Assembly: GCA_016748015.1 (NCBI GenBank)
Contig: JAAOMT010000441.1
Coordinates: forward strand, 449,128-513,127
Source of the DNA: Geosiphon pyriformis uo1
Lineage: Eukaryota; Fungi; Glomeromycota
Reading direction: 5' to 3'
Length of the DNA: 64,000 nucleotides
The notes under the pieces are model-generated. The model saw only the letters and a list, made by a program, of their open reading frames with translations. It was not told the origin of the DNA and did no database searches. Shown piece by piece: positions 36,890-50,700 of this stretch. How positions within the stretch are numbered: the first letter of the stretch is position 1; every line of letters begins with the position of its first letter. The position numbers were made by a program, and so were the translations under genes.

Positions 36890-39800
36890 TAATGTTTGGT
36901 CTAGTTTGGTTTAAGTTCAATTAAACCACTGAATTAAACCAAATTTAAACTGAAGATTTGACAAAATTTTAAACTTGAACTTAAAATTACTGAACTTAAA
37001 CTGAATCTGAACACATACAATAAGTTTGGTTCAAGTTTGATTCGAAGTTCATAAATATGTTCAAGTTTAACTATTAAAAACATTATATTATATTATATTG
37101 TATTATTATTTAATTTTTTTTTCAATAATTTCTGTATTTATAATTGAAAACACTGTGCTGCTTTTATAGTTTTAAGCACTAAGTGAAACTTTATATCTGT
37201 AATCATATTTTTACTTGCAAAAAAGACATGTTTAAAAGCAACAAATAATCTTTGGATTGCCAAATAATTACAATTTATACATATAAGATAAAAAAATTAT
37301 GTTTGATATGTCTAAATATTAAATTATTAATAAAATTTTAATTTAAATAAATATTTTTTATAATATATCTTCCACTATGCTATTATATTTATTTCTTTAT
37401 TGGCCATTTTTTCAGAAATATAATAATCAATTTTATCAAGTTTTTTTTCCTCATTATTGTTAAAATTTATTTTTAATATAAATTATATAACTTATACTAT
37501 AATATTATTAAAATTGCCATTTAATAATAAACTGTTATTTAATGTTAGTATAATATCTAGTATGTATTTTGTTTTAAAAAATATATACATTCTAAAGATT
37601 TATTTATTATGTAAGAGTTGGAAATAAAACCATTTAAATAAATTAATAATTTATAATTTTTTTGTTTTATCAATATTGTCATCCAAAAAATTTTTTTTGT
37701 GAAATAATAAAATTTTTTTTTTAAATTCAATGCAATGCAAAATATTACAGTTGTATTTGTTTTAAAGTAATATTCAACTAATTTTTCTTTTATTGTTTTA
37801 GCTGTTATAACAAATAATAAATCTAATATTAAATGTGTTAAATAAATAAATAAATAAATACAATTAAGATTATAATGTTTTATTAGATTTATTATTATCA
37901 ACTGTGTTTTTGATGTAATTAAGAATGATATTAAAAATAATAATAATTAAAAAGACAGTATTATTTAAACTAGTTGACATTTTGATTATAATATTCTTAA
38001 ATAGTTCAAGAAATTTAGCAATTTTATCAAAGACAGTTCACTAATTATGTAAAATAATATATTAATAAAGTTCAATATAAGTGTTAGTAAGGTATTTAAT
38101 GCCTATAAATTTACAGTTAAAATTTTTGTATTTAAAATATATGGAATCAAAAATAAACAACTTGCTAATTTAAGAGATAATCTATTTCTGACTATGTCAT
38201 AAGTAAAATTCTACCAGATAAAACAATTTAGAATAAATTTATGATATTTAATTTAACATACATTACAAATATGTTCAAGGAATTTAAAATATTAGAATAA
38301 GATATAGATTGCAGAGTTAAATTTTCTAATTTTTAATTTATACAAAGTTTACATTAGGAAAATTTCAAGTAAATATATTTGGTTTGAATTTTTAACAAAT
38401 ATTTTAAAAACATTATTTTTTATTTCATCTAGAGCCACTACTATGTTTAGAATATAATTAGAGCATTAAAATTAAAGATCTTTTAAGCTCTATTAAATGT
38501 TTTTTTCTTCTAATTTTCTCACTAACTTTTTTAAAAAAGTACTATTATTTGTAGTATTATCAAGAGTAATAGCAAGAAACTATTAAAAAAAATTATATTA
38601 TAATTAATAAAATTAATGATAAACTTATATAAAAAAAAAAAGTAAGTGTAATTTTTTCTTAATCTTTTTTTTAAAACTTTTTGACTGAAAATTCGACCTA
38701 AAACAATGATAAAAATTATTTAAGCTAATATTAAAAAAATGCAGTTTTTGATGATATGAACACTATGATAACTTTAAGTTTCAGATAATATTAATACCAA
38801 AAATTTAGTTCTGAAGCAATGATGAAAACCAATTTAAGTCAACATTGAAAAAATGTAATTTTTAATGATATGAACATTATAATAACTTTGAGTCTTAAAT
38901 AATACTAATATTAAAAATTCAGCTTTGGAGCAATGATAAAAACCAACTTAAATTAATATTGAAAAAATGTAATTTCTGATGATATAGGCACTGTAATAAC
39001 TTTGAATTTCAGATGATACTAATATGTTACATAGTATGCCAATCTTATTATTGGTTATTAACTAATTCAAATTTATATAAAAATATATGTATGTACTTTT
39101 AATATAATTTTATAATCTTTTAATACTTTTAAAAAATCTGTTTACAATGTTTATTCTATCATATTATTTACTTATTAATTCAAAATTAATTATTGTTTAT
39201 TAAAAGTCTCAATTGTCATTAATATAATAACCAGTAATAAAAACAAAGACTTTGTTATTGAAAAATGTTCAGAGATCTGATATAAAAAATTTTGGACTTG
39301 ATAGTATCTAATTATACTTATTATATTATAAATATAAGTGAAAAAAAAGAGATATTTTATAATAAAAGCAGTGCTTACTTTTAATTCTTGTTTATCTAAA
39401 ACATAGAGTTCTATAACTCTATTTTTAATTGTATTAGCACAAAAAAATTGAGAAATGAAATTCAAATATTGAAATATTTTAATTAATTTAGGATTTTTTA
39501 CTATAAAAAGTGGTTATTGACAATTAATAAGCCAAATAATAATTATGTTACAAAGTTTTTTATTATTAATATTAATAGCAGTTACTACAGAAAACTAAAA
39601 CAGTTTTTTAATTAGATTGGTCAAAAATTATAAAAAAAAATAGCAATCTTACTTATCAAAATATATTTTTAATTAACTTGCAATTTTTTTGGACATTTTG
39701 TTTTTTTTTATAATATTCTTCTATTATAATATATACTGTTTAGTGGAAAGTCTCTAAATAGTGCTATAAAGATTTAATAGTGTTTATAGTTTTACAAAAA

Positions 39801-40280
39801 AATAGTTTATACACATATTTTGAAACTGTATATTTAGCTGTTTTTTTTTATTTACTTAAACTTATCAAAATAGTTTTATATTTTATTCTAAAAACTACAT
39901 CTACCAAATATATTAATATTTAGATTATTTGGATTATTAAATTTTGTTTTTAAAATTTTAAATCTTTAATAATATTGAATGATATCAACAATAAATTTAT
40001 TTTGGTAAGTTGAAGAGTAAAGTTGTTATATATGCATAGTTTTATATACTTTTTTAACTGATTATAATAATTAAACAAAGTAATAATTAATAAATAAATA
40101 ATATAAATTATATTTTTTTTAATTCCATTAAACTTAAACAAGTTTGTAAACTTTGAACCAAACTTAAGCCAAACTTAAACTTGTCAAAAAAGTTTAATAC
40201 CAAACTTAAACTAAACTTACTTTGAAAAATTAGTTTAATTCAAGTTTGGTTTATAATTTTAACTGAACTTAAACAACACC
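36890..40280 (-). mobile_element. Decayed hAT-like DNA transposon with (GGTTC/GAACC)-derived subterminal repeats; limits approximate
   Basis: Minus-strand relic at ~37190-37280 reads CNYLAIQRLFVAFKHVFFASKNMITD, a degraded hAT dimerisation motif (YLAIxxSSVASERxFS). Clusters of GTTTGGTTTAAGTTCAA/AACTGAACTTAAAC at 36890-37070 and 40130-40305. Confidence 0.6.
38700..39025. repeat. ~114-bp tandem repeat, 3 units
   Basis: CAATGAT(A/G)AAAA anchors at 38704, 38817 and 38931; units differ mainly by transitions. Confidence 0.85.
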
Positions 40281-40319
40281 CAAAGTTTGGTTTGGTTTAA
40301 TTTAATTAAAATTTTAATA

Positions 40320-41600
40320 ACAGTCAAAATTAAAAAAATAAAAAATAAAACAATTTTGAACACCAATCTGAAAAATTATTTTACTAATCTCAAACATAGT
40401 ACAACCAAAAAGAAAGTAAACCAACTTAATCTTAAACTTATTACAAAACAAAATAGTTTTATTTTAATTTACTAAAAAAAAATCCTAATATTATTTTTAC
40501 TTATTAATACTAATTAATAATTTAAAGCAGACATAACAGTATCTAACTTTTTGAAATGAACAACAACATATTGTCAAACACCAATAGACTTTAATATAAC
40601 ATAGATAATTTTACCAAACTTACTAAATACTGTTTTAATATTAGTAACAAATATATTCAAAAACATATTATACAGTATAACAGGAGTAAAAAAAAAAATA
40701 TTTTTAGAAACTACTAAAGACTTGGCAATTTTAAAAGTAACAAATAAATAGAACTTATAAACTCAATCAGAAAAGCAGTTTCTAAAAACTTTTAAAAAGC
40801 AAACCCCATACAGAAAAGCTTTATATTGTTTTTTACAACTAATTTTGTATTTAAAAAACCATGTATAAACTGAAAAACAGTTTTAATATAAGCCAATTTA
40901 ATTTTAAAAGTAGTATTAAACACCAAAATAAAGACTATTTACTCAATAAATCTTTGATAACCAGTTATAGTTTTCCAAGTACTATTAGTGACAGCATTAA
41001 AAACCAGAGAAAATAATGATAAATTAGTTTTTATTTGGTCAATTCAGTTCTTAAAAACAAGTAATTCAATAAAAAACTATTGCTTTGCTTTTAAAATCGG
41101 CAAAAATTTGCTAAAAAACACCATATTTAACAATATAGCTAGTAATTAATCTTGGTTTATTTTATATAACATATTAAATAATACAATAAAAATTTTATTT
41201 GAAATTTTATTTGAAATTACAAAAAAATTTAGTGTAACAATAGCAAAAGCAAACAACAATTCTTATTTTTTAAAATTCTTGGCTTTTTTGGCCATTTTTA
41301 AAAAAGTGGTAATAGTATTAAATATAGCAGCAATAATTAAAAAAACCAGTTTGTTAACTAGTTTACTATTAAAAACTTTTGGGCTTTTAGTAAAAATAAA
41401 GATAATATTAGAACTAATTCAAGTATGTCTCTTTGAAGGAATTTTGACTAATAAAAAACTAGCCAAAAATAAAAAAAAAATGCTTTAATAATCATTAAAA
41501 ACAATTACAATTTAGAAAAAAAATCTTTAAGATGTTTTGCTTAGTAGTTTTTACAACAGAAAAAACTTTTTTAGTTAAAACTTTATCAAATATCTTAAAA
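40320..41600 (-). pseudogene. Decayed repeat copy, probably LINE ORF1 (family C)
   Basis: Reverse complement of 41076-41290 aligns with 42625-42870 (shared AAGATTAATTACTA...ATTGTTAAATATGGTGTTTTTTA). LINE ORF1 identity is inferred. Confidence 0.5.
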
Positions 41601-42229
41601 AAGATATTAAGTGCAGTTTTTTATTTTTTGCTTTAGTTATAGTTATAAAATTAAGAAAATAAAAAGTAATTTTATTAATAAAAAATTATATAAATTACTA
41701 CCTAATATAATATACTTTACTAATTATTATCTTTTTTTTCTTATTATTTAAATTAAATGTTTTTATACTAAATTTAATGTTTTTTATATATATTTTTTAT
41801 TTCAATCTATTTTATTTTTTTAATAGCATTTTTTATTTATAAAATAAAATTAAAAAAAATAAGAAAAAACAATCAAAAAATAAATATTAGAAGTAATAAA
41901 TAAGAATAAAATCAATTTAATATATTCTAACTCTTTTTTTAATTACTAATTTACATCTAGTATATAATATTTATTCTTATATAAAAATCAATTTTGAAAA
42001 AATATTTGATAAATTATGTTCTTATTTTTTTATAGATTATTTTTATATATAAAAAATTGTTAATTAATCAATTAATTTTATAAAAAAATGTTTTTTGTAA
42101 GAAATTATTCTTTTATAGAAGGTTTTTTTTATACAAGTCTAACTGTAGTTTAAAATATTACATAATTTAATTATTATATTTAATTATACTTATATATTAT
42201 ATAAATTAATTTATATTTTTAATTTGTTT

Positions 42230-44100
42230 AATAAAAGTATTTTTTTTTCTATTTTTATGATTATGATTAAAGTAAAAAGTAAAAAAGTTTCAAATATTAC
42301 TTTTTTTATAGTAACTAATAAAGTTTTAACAAAAAAAAATCTTTTTATTATCAAAACAATTAAGCAAAATATTCTAACAATTTTTTTTTTAAATATTAAT
42401 AATAAAAAGCTGTTTTTAATAATTTTTAAAGTATTTTTTTTATCATTGATTAATAGTTTTTCTTTAGTTAAAGTTTTTTTAAGAGACATATTTAAGTTAA
42501 TCCCAATATTATTTTTATTTTCTTTAAAGATTTTAAAGTTTTTAACAACAAACTAATTAAAAAGTTAATCTTTTTTGTTTTTATTACTAATACTATTATT
42601 ACTATTATTATCACTTTACAAATAACAAAAAAACCAAAAGTTAAAAAAACAGCAACAGTTACTTATATTGCTATTATTATATCAATTTTTTTGTGATTTT
42701 AGATAAAATTTTAAATAAAGTTTTTCTAATAATAATTAGTTTTTTCTTAATATAAGCAACAATAATAATAGCATATTTTTTAAAATATGTTAAGATTAAT
42801 TACTAATTGTATTGTTAAATATGGTGTTTTTTACCAAATTATTGCTAATTTTGAAAACAAAACAACTTATTAGATTATTTAATCTTAAAAATTGGATTGA
42901 TTAAATAGAAACTAAATTAATTTTTGCTTTTTTGTTTTTTGATACTATTTTTAATAGTGTTTAAAAAACAATTTTTAATTATTAAAAGTTTTTTAAATAA
43001 ATAATTTCTATTTTAATGTTTAGTTTTATTTTTAAGATTAAATTGGTTTTTTGTTTATTTTTTGTTTTATCTGTTACTTGGTTTTGTTAAGTTTAAATTA
43101 GTTTTTAAAAACAATATCAAATTGTGTTATGTGAATTTTGCTTTTAAGGCTTTTTTGGTTATTGTTATCAATATTATTATTAATGATTTTTTTTATAACT
43201 ATATTTAAGATGGTAAAATTTTCTGTAATAGCTTTTGGTTTCTTTTTTCTTATATTTTTTAATAATATTAAAAATGCTTTTGGTATTTTTGATGTTATCT
43301 TTATTAAATTAAAATCTGCTAATTTGTGATAATATGCTGTTGTTAATTTAAAGACTTTTTTTTTGCTGTTATTATTTTTAATAACTAATTTATATTAATA
43401 AAAAAACAGTATTTAAATTCTTTTTTTCTTAATTAAAGAGTGATTATTATTTTTAAAGACTTATTTAAAAAACCAAATTGAATAATTGTTTTTTAGTTAT
43501 GTTTTTGAAATCAATAATATGATTTTTTAGATTAATAGCCATATTTGCTTTATTTTTTATTCTTTTTATTCTTATTATTATTATATTTTATTGTTATTAT
43601 TTTTGAATCTTATAAAATATTAAAACTTATTGTAATAAAAACTAGGACTTTGTACAAATATTATATTTGGTAGGAAACTTTTAAGTATTATCACTATTAT
43701 AAATATCAAAGTTTAAACTATTTATTTGCTAAATACAAAGTATTTTTTTTTTTTTTTTAAGTTGTCTTTCAAACTTGTTGTTAGCTTTAAGTTTTTTATG
43801 TCTTTTTTTGTAAATAAAAAGTTTTATATTAAGACTTTTGCTTTTTTGGCTTTTTTTTTTGTTGTTTTTTTGGTTATTTTTGTTGTTAATCTTGTTGTTA
43901 AATTTAAATTGAATTTTTTGAAAACTCAAATCTTAAGCTTGGTTGTTATAATAAAATTTGTTATTAAGTCTATTAGTTTTTTGGTTATTTTAATTACCAA
44001 TTTTTTAAATAATAATACTAATAAGACTTTTTAGATAAAAAAAATCTGTTTTTTATAAAATATATATTTAATAATTTTGTTAATTTTTTGATAAATGTTT
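42230..44100 (+). pseudogene. Decayed repeat copy, probably LINE ORF1 (family C), inverted relative to 40320-41600
   Basis: Homology to the minus-strand copy; T-rich sense strand like the intact LINE. Confidence 0.5.
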
Positions 44101-45831
44101 CTAAGAACATTGTCTGTTTTAAGTCTAAAATTGATTTTAGTAAAATAAATTATAATAAAATATTAGCTATTAAATTTTTTTTGAGTAAAAACATTATTAA
44201 TATATATTATAGTTTTGTGGTATATGTTAAATTTTAATATTAAAAGTAATATTAAGTCAATTAAATTGTTTTTTAGTAAGTTTATTTTTAATTTTAGAAA
44301 TTTAAAAGAATTAGTAAGCTAAATATACTTTTTGTTTTTTTTGTTTTAATATAATATTATTATAATTAACTTAAATAACTAATTATATGTAAAAAACATA
44401 TAAGTTATACTTAATTTAAATTACTTAATTTGATGTATTATACTAAGTAATAGTTAAATTTTATTTATTAAATATAATAAAAAAAAATCAATTTATTAAT
44501 TAAATAATAATATTTAAATAATAAGTAATAATTTAAAATAATAATTAAAAAGATAATTTTATATTAATTAATAATTCAATTTTTTATTTATAGTATTAAA
44601 TAATAACAATTAAGTTATTAAATTAATTTTAAACAATAGTTTAATAAACAATATTATTATAAAACAATTTATAAACCAATTAAATTGCCAAGTTAATTAT
44701 ATTATAAATGTTTATATTATTACTATTAATAGAATTTTTAAAATATTAATTGGCAAAATTGACAATATTTTTGAAATTAACAAAATTATTATATTTATTA
44801 AAATTATTTATAAAAATTATATAATATTATATATTTATTAGAAATAATTTGTTATTAAAAACCAAAATTATTTTTTATTAAACTATATATAAAAACTGCA
44901 AATTTAGTTTAATAAACAATATATATAAGTATTAAAATTTGTAATTATTTTTAAACAACAATTATATAAGACTAACTGCTTATTAAATTTAAAAAATTAA
45001 AAAAACAATTAATGTTTATATTAATTTATTATTATTATTACTAATTTAAAAAATAATTTATATTATTAAAACATTTACTTTTAAATATATAATTTTAATT
45101 ATGTTAATATTCAAAATTAAAATATAAAAAACATAAAAAAAAACTGTTTTTTATAAAAATATTATTATAAATAAATTCATTAAATTATGTTTTATAATTT
45201 AGTGTTAATAATTTTCAATATTATTTGAAAATTTTAATAAATTTAAAGATTTTTAACTTTGAGTTTTTTGTATAAAAGACAAATATTCAATAATTTAATA
45301 GTTTTTAATACTTGATATTTTATTTTTTTAGCAAAATAGCCAATTTATTTTGGTGTTTTTTATTTTTTTAATAAATATTTAATTTTTAATAAATTAATTT
45401 TACATTTATGTTTTGTATTTTTTATCAAGCAATTCTTAATATTATAATTTTAGTGCTTATTTTTTCATTAATTAGTTTAATAAAAAAACACAACAAAAAC
45501 AAAAAACAATAAAAATTAGTATTTTGTTAATAGTTATAATTAAAAAATATTGGTTTAATATAATAGAATTTGTTAAATTATGTTTTTGACATTTGTTGCT
45601 TTATAAAATAATATAAATTATTGATATAATTATCAATTCAGTTGTTAATTTAGTTGTTAATTAATAATTGATTTAATTTATTTATTTTAAATATATACTT
45701 ATAAAAAAATTTTTTTGGTTGATTCCCTGATCATAACGAGAGCATAGAGTAGTCAAAGAAATATCTTCCTTTTCCCTTATTTTCTTCTGTTCTCTTTAGT
45801 TATTTCTTTACATACACCTTTGTTCGTGACC

Positions 45832-47790
45832 ATAGATCCAGTAGGCTCTTCTGCTGGTGGGTCAGCATCTAGTTCAGCTGGTGTGAGAATCCATTCTGAC
45901 ACTAAAAAAAAGGCGCGCGTTGAGAGTGTTTATGCTCGTGGTCCATCTTACAAGAAAGCGAAGAAACCTGATTGTTTTGGTGTTGTTGTGGATTTGTTGG
46001 CTGGCTCTTTGCCTGTGGACATGCTACATGGTGGCATTGACGACCAGAAGAAATCTTGGGGTAGCGAAATGGACAGTGAGGAATCAAGTGTTGGCAGAAC
46101 TTCTGACATTGAGACCATGAAGAACACGATTGTGGAAGAAACAAGCTACATCGATTCTGACACTTCTGGGGATAACGAACTAATGGGTAATGCTACACCA
46201 AAGGGTTTGAGAATAAGAATGTACATATTTGAATGCCCACTTAAGCAGCCTTCTTTCGTTGATGTGGGTGGTGCTGGCGATGTTTTGAAGCTCCCTCCTC
46301 ACACGTTTAATAGATCCAATTAGTTGTTGCCAGTCGTGTCATGTGATCGGAAGATTCGGAGCTTTATTTTGGTGAAATTTTTTGCGTTGGATATTGAACT
46401 TTCTGCTGTTCCTAAGAAAACTGTTAGTGATAAGTTGATTTGTGTGAAAAAAATTTTTTATCAAGTTGATGGTTTTGGGGGGGCTTCGACTCCCTCAAAA
46501 TTTCCTAGAATAATAAGGTTATCATTTACATCTGAAAAAAGTTTGATTAAGGCAAGGGATATGGCAATTTGTGAAAAAATTTTGGTAAATAATGATCTAA
46601 GAAAAGTAAACAGCCGTTCGGATCGGGAAGTGATTGTCAAGGAAATCCCAGTAGATCTTCCCAAATTGGCGATTGAGGCAGTGTTTTCCAAGTTTGGCAA
46701 GATTATTTCAATCAAAGTGCAGCTTATTGGTCTTTGGCAAAAGACCCTAGTGGAATATAAATCATCTGAGATAGCTGATTTGGTCACGGCTAAATGGTCT
46801 GTGCTCATAGAAAAAGATTCTGTTTGCATGGCAAAGGCAAATGTTGATAAACAAACATAGATATCTAGGGATCAGCATCGGGTGTTGCTTTACACTCTTC
46901 CAGTTGGCACTACTGCTCATGATTTGTCTGCATTGGTGGAGGCCTATGGTAGAAAAACTTGTTTTATTGGCCGTAAACCATCTTCATATGTTCGTAATCG
47001 GTGTGCTGTAATTTGTTTTGAAAGTGAGGCATCCAAGCTGGCTGCTATTGGTTCAGTTCCAGTTTTCAAAGGTGTGGGCTTGCGTTGGGCTGGTCTTTCT
47101 TTGGCCAGTTGCACTCATTGCAAACTGTTTGGTCATACTGCTGTTGATTGCTCTGTGAGTAGGGGGTTTGGGGGTCGTGGGAAACGTGTGGTGACTTCTC
47201 AGGATAGGGTACGGTTGGCCAATATTTATAGGAAGAAGCAGGCACCAATTGTCTGTTCAGTTTCTTTTGGTGGAAAAACATGGGCCCAAGTGGCAGGCAG
47301 CTCTTCCTCTCGTGTTGTCTCTTCAGGTGCTCCTGGTGTTGGTTTGATCTCTGGTTCGAAGACTTTCTCAATGGATCTCTTCTTATCTGGTGCTGCTGAT
47401 CTAGGTGGTCACCTAGCTGTGCTGAAACACTTCATGGAAATTCTTTTGGACCAAGTCTCGCTCATTTTAAAGAAATTAAGTTTCGTTGACTTGGTGTCAT
47501 TGGCACCCTCTCTCTCAGCTCTTCCTTTGGTGTCTCCAACTGCCATTGTTTTAGATATGGACTCAGGTTTGGCTTTGGATAGTACGTTGTTATCATCTGC
47601 CTCTTCTCCTCCCAATATTGGTAAGTCGATTGTTGATTTCAGTCCGAGCAGTTCTAAGGTTTTGACTGCCAAGATTGGTGGTTTGGAGTCGAACATAGTG
47701 GCTCTTGAGACTTCAGTTCACTCAGTTTTGGATAGATTGGATCATCTGTGTTCTGGATTGGGTTCGTTGGCTTTTCCTCCATCTCAATGA
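45832..47790 (+). pseudogene. LINE-B ORF1 (RRM-like region plus CCHC knuckle); start probably ATG>ATA at 45832
   Basis: ORFs 45820, 46324 and 46882 share one frame. VIVKEIPVDL...FSKFGKIISIKVQLIGLWQK; CTHCKLFGHTAVDC. Confidence 0.88.
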
Positions 47791-50700
47791 GTAGTTTGGT
47801 TTGGAAATTTGCTATGTGCAACGTTTAGGGTATCAATGTTCCTGCAAAGCAAGCAAATGTTGTTTGTTGGCATGTAAACTCGGGGAATATGGTTTTTTTT
47901 ATCACTGAGACTAAGTTAAGGTCCTCTTCTGGGCCATGAATAAAGGACAAATTTGATGGAGTGCGAATATTTTTTTCTGGCTTGGATAAGGGTTTTATGG
48001 GTGCTGAGGTTGCAATTGTTATGAACACTTCTTTGGCCCATCATGTATCTAAGGTGGAGGAAATTTCTGGTTGGGTTATTTCTGTTCGGCTCCTGTTTAA
48101 GGGCAAGCTCTCGGTTACTGTTTTGGGGTTGTATGCTGGTGCCTCCTCTGGGGCTAGATTTGGTCAGGCTTCTGAAGTTAACTTTCTCATTGCAAAGGCA
48201 GTCAACTTCAGCAATTTTGTTATCTTGGGTGGGGATTTTAATGAGAATGGATCTGGTAGAAGTGCTAGTTTCAAGTTTTGTTTGAGTTTGGGTTTGGTCA
48301 ATTCATTTGTTGGTCATTATTTGGCTAATTTTTATACGTAGAACAATTCGAGAGGGGTTGGGAAAATGATTGATTACATTTTTATTGGTAGTAATTTGTC
48401 TTCTGCTGTTGCTGGTCATCAAGTTGTCTCTGTTTCAGATTTCTTTAACACCAATCACAAGGCAGTTGTGGTTTCAGTCGGTTTGGGTGGGCTTTTAGAT
48501 GTACAATTGAATAGTTTGCGCAAGCAGGCAAATAAAGATCATTGAAAGTTCAAAATCAAGAATGCTGACTGTGTTGGATGGGCTAAGTTTAAGGATCTCT
48601 CATCAGCTAAACTTTTGTCTTTGGGTGAAGTGTTCTCTGGTGCCGAAATACATGGTAATGTGGATGCTATGTGGGCAGTTTTGGTGAGAACTGTGATGGA
48701 TTCTGCTGATGTGACATTTTCAAGACATTGGTTTAATGAATTCAAGTGTTCGAGAAACAAACATTCTTCTAGGTTTTTTGGTCTGGAATTGTTGATGGCC
48801 AAGATTGTCAAAAAATTTTGCTCTGGTGACTTGCTGGGTGCTAATTGTCTTGTGAGTAAATGGTCAACTCTAGATGACACGAAGACTCGTGCTTTCAAGG
48901 ACTTGGTTGGCTTGGGTGTTAAATCTAATGTTGTTGTTAAGCATTTGTCATTGGTTCGCAGAAAGTACAGGAGGTCAAAAATGTTTGAGTCAAGGTTGGC
49001 TGAGGAAGATTCGGTTAGGAAGGCGATTGAGAAGCACATGGATAATTTCTGTTCGGATAAGGGTAGTATGATTAGGAGTGTATTGGAAAAGCCTTTTCGC
49101 AAGGTTGTGTTGGATCACTTGATAGTTGATGATGATCTGGTTTTGTTGCCTGAAGAGGTGAAGTCCAGTGTGGATAGAATAATGGAGAGATGGACGAGGA
49201 AACGCTCCATGCAGTCAGTGCTTCCTGGTCTTTGGGCTCGTCAGTATGCGCCTTTGGACTATGTTTGGGATGATGCTTTTTTGGGTGTTATGAGTGCAAT
49301 CAGTATGGGCGAGTTACTTTCTGTTGTTGGTGGTCTTCTTGATGGCAAGACTGCTGGTTTGTCTGGTGTTCCTAATGAGTTGTGGAAACATAGTGGTGAG
49401 GTGGTTTTGGGGTGTCTGTTGGCACTGTTTAATAAATGTTTGTCTGTTGGTGTGGTGCCTGTTTTGTGGAAGAGGGCTTGGGTGTCAATGATTCCTAAGC
49501 CTTATGACTGAGATGGAGTTCTTACGAACACTCAGCCCATTGCTTTGATTGAGACTGCCAGGAAGATTCTTTCCAAGGTTCTGTCTGATTGTATTTCAAT
49601 GGCTTGTAGCAAGTTCAATGTTCTTCAGGGTGACAACTTTTTGGTGCTGAAGAGTACATCAACACAATCTCCGGTGTTTGCTGTTGGGTCGGTGATTGAG
49701 GATGCCATTGAGAAGGATAGGAAGTTATGGTTGGTCTTGCAAGATATGCGGAAAGCTTACAATTCAGTTGGGTGGCATTATTTAAGAGCTAGTTTGCGGC
49801 GTGTCAAGATGTGTGAGAGGTTCATAAGGTTTTTTGGTGGTATTCATGAGGATAGAGTTAATAGGGTGATGACTGACTTTGATTTGTCTGGTGGTTATAA
49901 GGTGCATGATGGGCTGGATCAGGATGAGGTCTTTTCGCCATTTCTTTGGAGAATTTTTTATGATCCACTTTTGTGTGAAGTTAAGAGGCACAAACAATTG
50001 TGTGGATACTGAATTGATACTAAGTTTGTTTCAAAATCTGGCAGAATTGAGAGTGGTGGTAGTTTAACATTGTATTTTTCGGCTGGCGCATTTGTTGATG
50101 ATACAATCTGGGTTGGAAATTGTCAAGCTTCTACTCAATATGCTCTGAACATTGTCAGTGAATTTTTTGTGATTAATGATATTTCTATCAATAGTGAGAA
50201 GATGGTAGCTATTCTCATCAATCAAGGCATTAAAGTTGTTTTACTGAACATTTGTGGTCAGCCAATTTCTATTGCCAAGAAAGGGGAAGCACATCGGTAT
50301 CTGGGTATTTTTCTGTCAACTGAAGGGCTTTCCAAGCCAAGTGTTGCCAAGGCTCATGCGGATGTACATTTCTTTGTCAATGTTGTGCTTAGAAAGGCTA
50401 TTACAGATAAACAATTCTCCTATCTGGTGTCGGCTGTTTTGCAGCCTATTGTTAGCTATTGTATTCAGTTCAGTTTTGTCTCATCTAATGTTTGTCACAG
50501 GTGAGATGTCTTGGTTAGAAAGGGTCTTAGGTCCAAGGCTTGTCTCCCCCGTGATTTTCCTGACACTGCTTTGCATTATCCCTTATTGTATGGCCTAAAG
50601 TCTTTTGAGCAGGTGCAGTCAGAAGGGAAAGTTGCTGCTTTGATGGTGTTCTCTAATGTCTTTGGTATTCTTGGACATTTGTTTAGACATAGGTTTTTGG

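Noticed and set aside
37557-44034. Short I/K/F/L/N-rich ORFs in AT-rich DNA (also 25254, 26129, 53900)
   Set aside because: Compositional artefacts of eroded TEs and microsatellites.
45717-45790. Self-cleaving ribozyme (HDV/hammerhead) at the LINE 5' end
   Set aside because: Only a weak hairpin is visible and I could not fit the catalytic cores by eye; an RNArobo/Infernal scan would be needed.
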